Part shown: one piece after another, positions 69,538 to 83,009 of the stretch
Layout: each line of letters opens with the position of its first letter
Numbering within the stretch: position 1 is the first letter of the stretch
Origin: Wallemia ichthyophaga EXF-994
Taxonomy: Eukaryota > Fungi > Basidiomycota
DNA: 248,000 nt
Assembly: GCF_000400465.1 (NCBI RefSeq)
Contig: NW_008806285.1
Location: 20,001-268,000, forward strand
Reading direction: 5' to 3'
Translations under genes and position numbers: made by a program
Notes under the pieces: generated by a model
Told to the model about the DNA's origin: nothing
Databases searched by the model: none
Seen by the model: the letters and a program-made list of their open reading frames with translations, nothing else

Positions 69538-69598
69538 GGTGGTTGTGGGTTAAGACGCGTCTGGGCTTGTTGACGCGTCGACGCGTAGAACCACCAAC
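69538..69598. promoter_or_regulatory. Bidirectional promoter with three MCB (ACGCGT) elements
   Basis: ACGCGT at 69555, 69573 and 69581 within a 61-bp gap. Confidence 0.7.
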
Positions 69599-70450
69599 AT
69601 GTCCATCAAAACACCGTTAAGGAGAGTTAGCAGTGGAGCGCTCAAGCATTCAAATAATAGCAGCAGCTTGAATATTACTAGCAAAGATCACCATCCACTG
69701 GAATTCCTTACACCAGCGCTGACAGACTTATCTGATGAGTTGGATGGAATTATAAGCAGCACACAGCAGCTAGTCGAGTTAGACGATGCCTTATCACAGT
69801 TCAATCACGGCTTTGGTAGTTTGCTGTGGTCATTGAAGTTGAATGCTTATTGTATCAACTGGCCTGAAGCGCCTACAGATGAATCATTTGCCCGGGTAAA
69901 TGAACTCACAGCGCAATTACAACAGTCAATGGCACCCAGAGAACCCAGAGAACCTACACCTGTCGATACACAAGTAGTCCCACAAGAATCTCATTCAAAT
70001 CATTCAAATCCCGCAGACGAAACACAAGCACATGAACCAGAACCCTCGCCAGAACCACTCAAACCAAAGCCAAAAGTTGTCAGTGTACAGCTACGTAAGA
70101 AAAGGGAGGCGTTTGTCGATAGCGTTATAGATTCACTGCCTTTAGAATACAGAGGTTCACAACCAGCCTTAAGAAATGCCATGTCTAGTGTCCTACATGC
70201 ACTTATGAAGCATCAATGTACTACTCCTCAAGGTAATGGTATTCGTACACCAGATATCGTCAAACATCCAGATCTACCTCAAGCCAAGGTAAACAAATGC
70301 CTTATAGCTCTCGTACAGAAGAAGGCTGTGGTGAAGTGGACGGAGAGTGTAAGTAGTGTGTGTCGGGATATATGTCTATCTACTAACTCCTTTTGCTAAT
70401 CACAGGGTGTCGCTTACTACAGACTACAACTAGAAACCCCTAGGCGGTGA
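69599..70450 (+). CDS. DAM1: DASH complex subunit Dam1
   Basis: TPLRRVSSG, DLSDEL...FNHGFGSLLWSLKLNAYCINWPEAP. Confidence 0.85.
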
Positions 70451-70554
70451 TTTGTACGATATATCAGATATGACATCATTCAAAATTGATCCCGAAGACA
70501 GTCCTCGTCAGTACTCTTAGTTAGAATCAAAAACGTTGAAAATCCTAAAAGAGC

Positions 70555-71005
70555 ATGTCTTCGCCAAATAAATCAACTGGAATGTACCACAGCGTTAAAG
70601 GTAAGTCACTACACTCGCGCCAATCGCATCACCCAGGTTTCACATCAAATACCAGGAAACGTCGTTGAATCTGTTGGGACAGTGACTGGGAGTGAGGAAT
70701 GGAAGAAGAGTGGACAGAAAGAGCACGTCGATGGTGAAGCTGAGCAGAAGGTTCCTCTATCGATTCATTCAGAATTCTTACTGATATAAAAACACCAGGC
70801 AGCTCAAATCAAAGACACAGCAACTGGTATGTATGACCAGGCTGCTGGTAGAGTTCAGGGCGTAAAGGCGGCTATCACAGGCGATAAGCCTGGTCAAGTC
70901 AGTGCAGCCGCTCAAGTCAGTCGCACATACGCTTATATATCATTTTATCTAACTTGCTCAACTTTGCAGGAGGAATCAGGCAAAGCAGCGCAGAAGAATG
71001 CTTAA
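70555..71005 (+). CDS. CsbD/Hmp1-like small hydrophilic protein 3
   Basis: MSSPNKSTGMYHSVKG.VVESVG...AITGDK; three introns. Confidence 0.75.
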
Positions 71006-71080
71006 ATGGATATTATTTGTATTCTCTAGTAACATTACATTATACTCCTCTCTTTCACCCACACCACTCACACCGCCAAT

Positions 71081-72402
71081 ATGCACATTGGACTCAAGAG
71101 GCCGCTGCTAGCGCAAGTGCCTTACAAAACCAAGAAATTCCAACTAGCCAAGAAGCGTTCGGCACCAATCTCGGCTTCAATTAAGGAGATTAGCGATGAT
71201 GATGATAACCATAATAACCACGATAGACCAGAGGTTATTGAGATTGACAGTGATAGCGATATTGAGTGTGTTAGCAGTAGTGATGATAATTTCAATTCTT
71301 ATGGCAACGATACCAACGACACCAACGACACCAACGACACTAGCACTAGCACTCACGACCAAACGTTTGAATCTCCTATCGACATCGATACTCCTATTCT
71401 CCCTGAGAATTACCCTCCTCCGCTGCCACCTCTCTGTCGCGACCTATATAACCTCACTTTTACTCACAGAACCTGCGCCGACTTTGTAGCCAATTTCAAC
71501 GCTGGCACCGATAATCTCAGAAAAAGTTATGGTATGCACACCATCACCAATGGTGTCATGGGCGATAGTAGGCAGGGGAATGTAGCGTCATTTGTACCCG
71601 TTTACGACAACGAAGTGAGTGAGTTTGTTGGTGACAGCATCATCGGCATGGTAGTGGCTCTATTGCTGAGAAAATGGTATCCACACCTTCGTCCTGACGG
71701 ATTAACGTGAGTTTTTGAGCCAGAATGTGGCACTGTCTTACCATCATGCTACCAGAGAAATACGCAGCAAGCTAGTCAACAGAGGCAGACTATCGAGCTG
71801 GGCGAAGCTGTACAACTTCGACCAGCATCTCATTCTACCACCTCAGATGCCCCAACTGCCTGTGCGACTCTCACCCATGGTTCTTTGCGATACATTTGAG
71901 GCGTACGTAGCCTCTGTCTTTGACCAGCAAGGTGACGAAAGCGCCGGTCTTATCGCCGTCAAGCAGTGGATTGAGCCGCTTTGTAGGCCTTACGCAGATA
72001 TGTACAGCGCTGCTATCACCAATCGCGAAAAGGAAGTGCGCGAGGCTCCTCGCATGGGCAGCATGGGCTACCTCAACCAGATGATGGAAAAACATCACGT
72101 CGTCGCGGCGTGGACTGAGTCGGGCGGTGTGAATGATCTCAATAACTCTCACAACTACTGGTCTGCTTCCCTTAACCTCACCCTCGACGAACGCGCACAT
72201 AATAGCACTCCCCTCGCTGTGAAATCTAAATTCCCTCTCACTACCACAGGTAAAGCTTCCAAGAAGAAAGTTGCCAAGGAAATGGCAGCTTATAAGGCTT
72301 TGAAGACTTTGGGTCTTAACTGTTGTGGGTATTTCGTTTATTCTATTGCTTCACTCACTCACCCACCAATAGAGACAATCTCTCATTTCAACGATACCTT
72401 AA
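71081..72402 (+). CDS. RNase III domain plus dsRBD protein (Rnt1/Pac1-like)
   Basis: AFTH-like FTHRT, NEVSEFVGDS, CDTFEAYV, GKASKKKVAKEMAA. Confidence 0.7.
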
Positions 72403-72474
72403 ACACACACATCTTGCTAAATAATCTCAACGTAAAATGCATAGTTTCTGAAAATCAGCAGTTTCTTGACAATT

Positions 72475-73555
72475 TCACAAATGCTCTCCCACGAAAGCAT
72501 AAAGCCTATCCATCGTTTCACCCTCCTCTTTTTCATCCCACCCGTGGTCCTTGTCGGGGACGATATCAAACGCAACATTTGCACCCTTCTTCTGCAGCGC
72601 TTCTACCACCTCTACAGCCTGCGCGAAAGGCACTGCTGTGTCCACAGTACCGTGAGTGATGTATATCGGTGGAATATCCTCCAACTTTCTACGTTTAAGG
72701 ATATCAGTAATAGTGTATTGAGATACTTCTTCCGCGCTATAACTATCACCGAAGAGCAGCTGGTTGAGAGTGCCTGATTGCACCATCCACGCGTACACTT
72801 AGTCCTGTCAGCAGGGGTGAGGGTATTTGGAGCACATAGCACCCACTTCTAGATCTGCTCGACTCCGCCGCATTCTCTGCGACAGCTGGTGCATCTCCAT
72901 TGAGGTACTTTTTCACGCTATCAAATGGCACAGGCTCGTTCTCCCATGCCGCCTTCCCCTGTGGCGTAGTCCACTGTGCAGCAAGTGAGCAGGTGGCGGG
73001 CAATATCAAAAACCTACGAATGGCGCTAGAGTGTTGGTGATGGGGTATATAGCTGTGCAGACCTTCCTAAACACGCGATACGTCAGCTGGGAACTCCAAT
73101 CATGCGCAAACGACATACGGCACATGTTTTCCATTAGCGACGCCCAGTCCCACCAATAAACTCAGCCAACCACCGGCAGACGAGCCACACACACCCCACC
73201 GGCTGACGTCGATGGTGTGGCCGACGCGGCTGGGCAGCTGCTCTATTATGAATGCGACTGACTGCCCTACATCAGCCAAGATTTCGTGGAACCCCGTCTG
73301 CGGCGCTAGTCGGTAGTCCACACTTATAAACGCAGTGTTGAACTCGCTCGCCAGCCTGTCGAAATGGGGCGCGTAGCGCTGTCTGCTGCCCTGAAATGCG
73401 ATTGTTAGGTCTTTTCAACCCATTCAGATTTACCCACCTGCAATAAGCCGCCGCCTGCTTTGTTAGCCTGAGACCTTACTCCCACTCTAACCACCCACCA
73501 TGATACCATACGAGCACAGGGACGGGCTTCGACTGTGTAGCTGAGGCTGGGACAT
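72475..73555 (-). CDS. Alpha/beta hydrolase
   Basis: HGGGL, DYRLAPQ, GSSAGG, THGTVD. Confidence 0.8.
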
Positions 73556-73703
73556 GGATATCCAACTGGATGGGTAAATCATTTATTCTTTTATAAGTAA
73601 AAGTTTCCTTCATTGTTTTATATGTCAGAGTGTCTGACTTTCCGAGAGAAGTGGTGATAAGAGGAAAACGAAAGGCGCATGACTAAAAATTTTCAAAGCC
73701 CCT

Positions 73704-76700
73704 TCAACATCCTTCCAGCACCCTCAGTGCGACTGCTGAGTTCCCGACATCCTTCATACACAGCCAAACAATATCGACATTGCGCACTGAGAGCGCTTCA
73801 TACAGTGAGACAATGTCGTCCTTCAGCAAGGGGTGGTGTAAGAGGGCTGTAAAGTCAGCACTGAGCTGCCAAACCAGCTCGTCCGCAACAGCTATCTCCT
73901 GCACCACACTCCTCATTGCGTCCACTAGAGCCTTATGCGCGCGCTTAGCTGGGGTTGTGTTTTGGTAATATTCTATTCCATTATCCGTGCTCTTTGCGTT
74001 GCTTACTGTGTTGATATCTCTACCATTACCATTTACATCACCACTCAACCCCCGCCTTAGCCCCTCAAATCCGATGGTGCGTCTAATCAGTGGATACGCT
74101 TCTTCCACAATGCGCATACTCATGAACGCACCCGTCTCAACAGCTAGCACGTTTATAAGCTCAAAAGCGGTAGCTATAACATGAGGACTCTCTTCGTACT
74201 CTTCCCCTTTCTTGGCAGCTTTTTCGGATAGGAGGCGGTGGAGTATATACGGCCATGCCCTGTGCACCACAGGCAGCACGTCACTATGGTGACCTGAGCG
74301 CATCAGCACTCTTACCGCATTTCCCATCAGCATGACAGTCCTAGCGCGTAAGAAAGCTGACTGGTGAGTGAGGAAGTGCAAAGCCTTGGACATAATCTTA
74401 AGACAAATGCTCTGCGATCTATTGAGTGGTTCTTTGGGTGTATCTTCTGGCGTTTGCTCCTGATCTACGTTGTGCGGTTCGCGTAGTTCATCCCAAGCTT
74501 GGTGTGGCGTCGGTCCGAAGTCTTCCACACCCTCTTCAGGTGGATCAGCGTGGAGATCGCGAAGCCAATCACTCAGCCCCTCCAGCTCAGCTGCAGAATC
74601 AGGCCGAGAATCAGCCACTGCTACCTCACGTTCACGTTCACCCACTACCTCATCGTCCGTACTGGGCAGGATGGCAGCATCGTCGGACATCACGCTGACA
74701 ATCGTGTCCAGAACGGCAAGCAGTCCCTCTCCCAGCAGAGGTATATCATGGTAATCGTCCAAACTCTCGAATATATCCTCCACCACTCCCTGTAACTTGC
74801 TTATCAGCGCTGCACCGACCAGTCTCATAGCAGCTATCAACACGCGCGGCGCTGCGACATCTAGCCTGACTGGATTTAGATATGATGTAACGCTATTGAG
74901 CAAGTAGTCTGCGTTATCGAGTATCGCGCCACTCGTGCTAGCGTATCCGAAGTAGTAGCTGACACTAGCGAGCGTGCTCCTGCTATGCTCCATGACAGTA
75001 AGAGTGGGGCTATCCAAGCGCGACAGAACGTAGTAGAGTGTGTGGTTGAGCTGGGGTCTACCTTCATAGCCCAGAACATAGCTAGTGGTAGCGATCATGC
75101 GCAAAGTGATGAGTGTAATCAACGTCACCCGCACTCTTTTCTCCAATTTCGCGTTCGATTGCGGTGTGTACTTGAAATTATCAGCCAGCGTTTCCACCTT
75201 ATCGAGACCGCGCACGTGTTCAGAAGGGAGATTGGTATCGGAATGGGGTACGACCTCCTCGCTCACTTCATGATCCCCTTCCATTCTATCTAATTGCTCA
75301 GCCTCGAGACTGAACTTAACGACGCTCCGGCCGAGCTTCACGGCGAGCTTGTGAGCCATTGCGACAGAGGACCGCGCTCGAGCCATCCCCTGCAAGATGC
75401 AACAACACAGCCATAGAGCGCTCGCAGCAGCCCTAGAATGCAGATTACGCTGAGCAAGGCTGAAGAAATATTCCACCGAATGAGACGCCCTATCCCCGAA
75501 CGCACATCCGAGAGCTACCAGCGCTCTGCGTATACACTCCCCGTCTTTACTATCGACGCTCTCGAACGGCATAGCAGGGAAACCGAACCATGGATCATCA
75601 GAGCCGTCGACCCCGATTTCAAAAGCTGCATCAGGGGTGCTACTCCACAGTATACTTCTGCTCGCATTTACTGATACGCTCTCCCCACTGATGGGCGGTG
75701 TCGCGAACGGAATGCAGTCGATTAGCCCCCATGCCCACTTCTCTACTCCGCCGCGCGCACCGAGTATATCATCCATAGGAATCCCACTCAGGCTCGTGCG
75801 CATTGTGAGAGCGGCTACAGCTTCGATCTGCGCCGTTGTTGCTTGTATGCCGCTACTGTCGCGCGATCTGATCGCTGAAGGGATTGCAATGAGCGCATCG
75901 CGCGCGTGCTGCTTCAGAAGTGATTCTAGTATCTTGCGGTGCGGCTCTAACGACAGAAGTCGACTGAGTGCTTCTTTGGCGATCAACGACACTTCACTCG
76001 ATGCCTGGCTGTCTACAGAAAGCATCAAAAGGTTTGATAGAAGCAGTCTGTGACAGTTGTCGAGAGTACCGATACACGATTCGAGCAGATCTGCTGACAG
76101 TTTTGCAACAGCTCGCCTCACCCTGCTGGACTGGTGCTTCACCACTTTCGAAGTGGAGATGAGAACGAGACATATCTGGTGCACGGTGCCCTGCAGCCAA
76201 GAAGGTGTGCGTATCCCTTCCTCTTTCTTCGTAGTGCTAGGTGGAGCGAAAAGAGATGACGCTACTGGTATACTCCCTTCATCCCTCCTATGTCTTTCAT
76301 CCACCTTACCTCTCACCTCCAAACTCTCCAAATCAATCCGATTTGCCAGTTCAGTCAAGTCGGCAATCTGCACCGGCTGAAGTGCTGCACATAGATCATC
76401 GTTGAGAGTCGACATGACAATCAGCCGTAGTGTTTCCAAGGCTGCTACTGCCAACTCGCTATTGATATGGTTTTCGCCTTTTAGGATCTTGGTTATCGAG
76501 CTCGCTGTGCCCGGCAACAAAACAGCGTTGATGTCAGGCTTATCGAAAGCGTATTCGCCTACATACACACCTACTAGCTGCAAGGAGCGTGTGCGTAGAG
76601 TGATAAATGTGTGCAATGTAGCCAAATCGAGTAATTGAGCAATAAGTGATCCTAATATCGACATGCGCTTCGTTGTGAGGAGAGAGGCGTGATCGAGGGA

Positions 76701-77190
76701 AGGATTTAAACTAAGAGTGTGAATCAACTCAACGCATGAAAGCAGTTGCACCTCTGACTTGCCTCCTTTTATGCTGTTGATTAGTGTCATCGCAGACAGC
76801 ATCCACAACTGCTCCCATTCAGCAGTGGGCACGCCTTCCAGGGCCCAAACTTTGGATATAGAATTGAGAGCATTGATAACAGCCACAGATCCCTTCTCAG
76901 GGAGCTCTGTGGGCGATATATGGCGGAGAAGGCCAGCTATTGGGAAGAAGACGTAGCGTATGAGCTGGAGAGAGCTATTTGTGGTGCTTAAATTAAGGCT
77001 GAGTGAATCTGAGAGTTCTTCAAGTGCTGAGAGCAGTCCTGGCTCGTTTGGTGTTAGATTCGGCTTCGTTACGAGGAAGTTGAGTCTGACGCAGGCAGGT
77101 TTGAGCTGAGCGTGGGTGTGAGCGCGGCGAAAGTACGTATATAGCCTCGCTCACAGCCTGGAAAGCGGTATTTCGCGCATCGTCGACCAT
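73704..77190 (-). CDS. TTI1: TEL2-interacting protein 1 (TTT complex)
   Basis: 1060-aa HEAT-like ORF; LLPGTAS, NADYLLNS, HRAWP. Confidence 0.75.
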
Positions 77191-77295
77191 CTCTGCAATC
77201 CTCGATGATGAAAGCTAAGACTAGAGATAAGAAATTGAGATTATTTTACAAATTGTTTATCGCATTATACCGAGACTTGAGGCTTAAAATTATGT

Positions 77296-79105
77296 CTAAA
77301 CAGTATGACTGGCTGATTTGCTTTTTATACGCCAAGCAGACAAAGGCAAACCTAGAATGAATGTTAGTAGAAGCCATAGGCGTATCCTTCAACTCACGCT
77401 GCAGTTTACGCGCTGTAGGATAAATATAAGCGGCTAGAATTACAGCCCCGAGCACAACACAGATGGTGCTGGTGACAAAGTAGCCATCGCGTTCAACAAC
77501 ACACTTTCCACCGATATCCGAACACACAGATTTGGCATGCTCAGAACTGCAGTCCTCTGCCTTGACGATGACGTCCTCATTCTCTTCATGGACGTGACAA
77601 GTAGCGATACTGAGTCCATCGACAGCCTTGAGAACGAAATAGCGCGGCCACGTTCCACCAAGATTCGACACTGTGTTGAGGAGGGTCATGTACGTTCCTC
77701 CAATCAGCGGATCCGCTATCTGGGTGTGGAAGGCGCATATGCCGACGAATTGGACAGTAGACATGAATCCACCGACGAGTGTCATTGCAATCACCGATGT
77801 GAATATCGTCGCAGTCACTGGTGGTTCTATAAACTTGATGGCTAGCATCGCAACAACGGCGTAGACTAGTCTGCCGATGAATGCACTTAGCCATGGTTTG
77901 AGTGGGTTGCGACCTTGTGACCACTGCGCAGCTAGCCAGCCACCAATGATCTGCACAGGAAAATCTATAAGCACTGCTAAAGCGAGGTCCTCCTTGCTCA
78001 ACCCTTTCTCTAACAACTTGAGCGAAGTGACGGCTTCATTTGCTTGGAAACCAATTTTAGCGACGAGGTGAATCATGACAAACGATTGGACGTGTTTGAG
78101 CTTTAAAATAGAAAGCATTTGGCTGTACACCTTCTTGATGTCCATCTCATCCTCGTCGGTGATGACATTCTCTTCTTTCTTGAAAAACGTAAGCCAGACT
78201 GTGAACAGGACGAATACTGCACCAAAGAATTGGAGGTATCCCCCAAGAGTAACTAGAGGGACTTCTAAAGGAGTTGATCTAAAGTATTTGTTGCTGAATT
78301 CAATCGAATTCAACGCCAAGAAGACGGTGAAAGAGAGAAAGTAGCCCGTATTCAAGCCAATAGTCTGAGCTGTAGATGCAAAGGAGAGATTTTCGTTGCT
78401 GAGCAAGGTTAATGCCCATCCGTCTACTGCAATGTCTTGAGTTGCAGCCAAGAAAATGAGCATGAAGAAGGTGAAAGTGAGTAAATTGACGTCCGGTACC
78501 TCCTAAAGGGCAATTGAGTTTTGATTACGCGTAAAATTACCGCACTCACCTGCGCTAAACTGTCTTGGATCCAGAAGGACATCCAGTACATCATTGCACC
78601 GACTAGAAACTGGATGGGTACGATCCAGCTCTTGCGTCTGCCCAATTTGGGATTAAAGCAAGCATCCACGATGGGTGACCAGAATAGCTTGAGTGAATAA
78701 GGGTATGTAGATAGCGAGAAGAAGCCAATTTGCGAGTAGCTGAGTTTCGCTTTGAGAAGAAAAGGGATACTGCCAAAAGCTAATCCTGTGGGTACGCCCT
78801 GTAGGAGATCTTAATATCTCGATGAGCTGTGTGGTGATGAAATCGAGCGTAAGAAACTCACACAAGATGACCAAGATTATCATTGCAGATCTATCCTTGT
78901 GGTACCAAATGTCAAAGAAGCCGCGATCGGAAGATTGTTGCGCTGTCTTCTTTGCGTCGTCATTGGCTTCCAAATGGATATCGAGCTCGTTGATGACGGG
79001 CTTAGGAGATGGAGATATACGCGGAGATCTACCGCTCTTGAGGTTGTTCCTCGATGGTTTCTTCCTCGCTGGCATCTGAAGATGGGCGTTTGGTGACAAA
79101 GACAT
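77296..79105 (-). CDS. Acetyl-CoA transporter (SLC33A1/AT-1)
   Basis: LQGVPTGL, ATQDIAVDGWALTLL, IGGTYMTLLNT..NLGGTWP. Confidence 0.9.
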
Positions 79106-79655
79106 TCCTGCGAGTGAACAGCCATCATCAATTATCATGGAAACAGAACGCAGCCAAACAGGCCAAGGGAGTGAGACGGTGGAAGGAACAGAGAGCAGAA
79201 CACAGCTGCAACGACACCAAAGCCAGGTGCTGAAATTGAGAGGAGATGAGCCAAAACAGCGGGAACAGCGGGAACGAGGCGGAGGAGTGAGGTGGGAACA
79301 AGGCACAGTAGATAATGAGCATATGGGGAAGAAAAAGTCAAAGAGTGCGTGTTATCTCCTGCTATTCCAACGCATCTGACGCATCTCCAGTCTGCTGCAT
79401 CTACCACAAGCCAAAGAGATTTGATGAGTCGTCGGACGAGTCAGATTGCAGTGACAACGAGCACCGTCACGCTAGCAACTGCAATCTCAACAAATACGAT
79501 AATCCTAGCCATACAAGCCATCGACACGGAGCATCTAAGGACAAGGATACCGCCTGAGATGGCTGCCAGATCTACCGCCTATTCATACAGGTTAATTATG
79601 TCTTGTATTTTTATCTATTCGCTGCAATCTCTTCTTTATCTTTCACCACCACGCG

Positions 79656-81277
79656 ATGGACGAATTCGCCAATGAACTATTCAGCGACGGCGGCGACGGT
79701 GCCGACGAAGCATACGAAGATGCCACATACCAAGAAGATATGATGGAAGATCACGATATTATCTCAGTAAATCTCCGCGGTGCAGATAAAGAGCAAGTGA
79801 GCCCGCACTCAGCCTCACAGATGATACGGCGGGCGATCATCCACGAAGCCCAACACGCAGGCTTCGAGCGAGCCACCGAAGATGCCATGATCGAGATTGA
79901 GCGACACGCCGTCTTCTGTGCGTCTCGCCATCCTATCTTCTCTAAAACACCCCCTAACCTGCAACAGGCATAGAGAGTCTTGCCAAAATGACCATGCAAT
80001 ACACAGAAAATGCCTACAGGACTGAAGCGACGCTGCATGAAGTCAGTGAAGCTTTCAGCGACGTCGGTATGACTGCCTCAGAAATGAACCCGATAGCAGA
80101 GCGCAACCGCGGTATTAAATCGACTAAACTGCTCCCGACGCCTATATCGACAATGCATCAATTCAAGGACCCAACCGAGGATTTCTTGCCAAGTGACGAT
80201 GAGCAGGATCCTGAGTATCGCATGGTGCAGCAGGAAGCTATGGATAAAATGCTCGAGCTCGCACCGTATGGTATAGGTCCGCGTTTGCCTCCAAGACATG
80301 CTTACCATCGTACTGCCGTCTATCCCACTCCACATAGGACTCAGACGCCTTTGGCGCACTTGGATAGGAAGCAGAATACAAGCAGGCTGGTTGAAAGGGC
80401 TCTTAAGTCGCTGATTGAAAGGACTCAGGTGGCTACAGAGTCCTCCCTGATGGCGAAGAATCAGCAGGCGCTGGGCGAAAGCCTTGATGACGATGACGCG
80501 GGTATAGTGCCAGTCCAAGAGAAGAAGGACGACGTTAGTGCTGGAGCAGAGCAGGAAGGACAGAAAGGGCAGCTGCCAGCATCAACAGCAGCGCCTCTTC
80601 AGCCTAGCACGAGTGAGCCAACTGAGGCTCAAGCAATGGAAGGTGTCCAGGTGGAGAAAAAGTATGGTGAAGCTGCACCAATAGTACCTGAGGTAGTGCA
80701 ACCGCAAGTCGAGGAGACGCCTGCTGAGCCAAAGCAGAGCGATCGTCAGCGGCCGGAAGAGGCAGGAGCGGGAGAAGCAAACGAAGAGCAGCAGCAGCAG
80801 CAACCAGAATCAATTGCTGTAATTTCTGCAGGGTCCGCACAACCAGAGCAACCAGAGCAACCAACACAGCCGTCTGAACAAACATCAAGATTACCACCTA
80901 CACAAGAACCAACAGAAGTGGCAGAACCATCCACACCTACGATCACTCAAAGTGAACCGTCTCATACAACTCTCGAAAAAGAAAAAGAACCTTCAACCAA
81001 AACAAATGGGGCGGACTCGCCAATGAAAGAGCACACGAAGCAAGCCAATAAACCACCCTGGCTGCAGAATATACAGATCGACGCGAATATTCTTAAAGAG
81101 CTGCCACTCGAATTTGGGATAGTTAATTTTGGCGATGCTGGTGAAGCACTTAACACTTCTTCGAGCATGAACATGCCATCGAATGGGCGGGGTGGAGGCC
81201 ACGCGCAGCTGGTACCAACCGATAGTGATGCATCGGGGTATGAGTCGCGCGTAAAGAGGAGACGCTGGAAGGTGTAA
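79656..81277 (+). CDS. TFIID subunit Taf8-like (Bromo_TP histone fold)
   Basis: AQHAGFERAT; LPPRHAYHRT. Confidence 0.6.
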
Positions 81278-81352
81278 TATGTGTGTATATGTGCATTCAA
81301 TGTGATTCCATTATCTCTAAAGACTCAGGCTTAATTTTGGCCGTTGCACTCG

Positions 81353-82300
81353 CTAAAATCCTTTGCAACTCTTCCACTCGGCGTCTTGCTGCTGTACATT
81401 GAGTCTATTGGCCAACTCAACCAGTCCAATATTACGAGTCGAGGGATGAACGTCAGAGAAAGGCACACGACCGTCGAGAAAGATGTCAAATTCCTCCGGA
81501 TGCACCGTCTCAGGCTCGTCCTCCTCCTGTTCGCGAGCAATGTACACGGTGCGCATGCCTACAGCTCTAGCGCCTCTGCAATCATTTGCATGTGCGGCAA
81601 CCATAGCGCACTGCTCCGGGCGTAAGCCGAGCCATCTAGCGATGCTCAAGTAAGTTTCCGGGTGAGGTTTATAAACACGGGGGATATCAGCCCCGCAGAT
81701 GAAATCCCAACGGAGGTTGGCATGTTTAGCCATATCCACCAGCAGCCTGCAGTGACCGTTGCTCAGCGTGGCGACGACGTACTTCTGTTTCAGAAGGTCG
81801 ATCCCATGCGCGGCGTCAGGCCAAGCGTCCAGATCGTGCCAAATGAGAGAGAGGTCGTCGAGCTGTGCCGGGGTGTAGACATGATCGATGGCGTACTTGT
81901 GCGTGAGCGCGTCGAGTGCGTTTCGATGGAACGTATCGACCGTGGGGAAGTGGGAGTGTGTGGGTGCGACACCGCGTGAGTGCTCAGCTACACCCCTCTT
82001 GAACGCCTCGCGCCAGTCAGCGAGGAATGCCGCCCAGTTCACCCTTTCCAGTCGCTCAGCGTCTGCGTGCGCACTAGCGCGCCGACAAAGCTCAGCGTGC
82101 ACCGTGTGGTGCCAGTTGACAGTGGTGCCGAAAGCATCGACAATAAGCGCCTGGATTCGGTGTGAGCGTGGACTTGCACTGGTGGACTTGCACGCTTGTA
82201 CTCACTTTCACTCCTTGCTGACGTGCTGGCTCAGCCACTGCACCTCCGTCGCTGATCAACCCCCACTCACCATTTTCGCGTGTGTTGTAGTGGCTGTGGC
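81353..82300 (-). CDS. Haloacid dehalogenase type II
   Basis: WHDLDAWPD, TLSNG, YKPHPETY, MVAAH; start approximate. Confidence 0.85.
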
Positions 82301-83009
82301 TCAGAAGTTTCAAACAATACGTCATTCGATAGTAACGATAAAAATTGCATACTCCCCAACGCCCGACGGACTCTCACGCCGAATGTCACCCCCGCGCTCT
82401 ATCTGTTTCCCTTCTGCACGAGCCTCCTGGATGCGATGCAACGCCAATGATTGCTGCTTCTGCCCGGCACGAACCAGGCACGGCGTACTCACTGGTGGTA
82501 TACTTGGTGAGCCGAGTAGAAAATACGTAAGCAGCTAAACACATATTTTCTCCACCACTTGCTTCGCTCCACCAATGTATTTATCATATCGTCCAGACTA
82601 TCCATATCTTCTGCTTGCTATTTGATAGCTCCACTGCGGTATCATCAGGGACAACTAAATGAAGCCCTTTACGAGTTCTTCAAAACGCAATTGACTACGT
82701 ACCAGAGATACTCCGGTGGTTCAGCGTAGTTGAGAAACACTAGTAATTTACAAATCACGACGCTGGTCAAGAAACGCTTTCGGTGAATTCAACACCTCCT
82801 TTGACTCCTCATACTTTAAGGAGTATTGATGGACGCAGTTTATAACATTTATCGTCTTAACAACATAATCAGATTTCATCATCAGGAAAAACTAATACAA
82901 AGCACCATATATACTATCGTTTTATGCACGCACTAAGCAGAGAGAATTGAAAAAAGTGTATCATTGAAATAAAGTGAGAGTGAGAATTTTATTATCATAG
83001 TGGTACATA

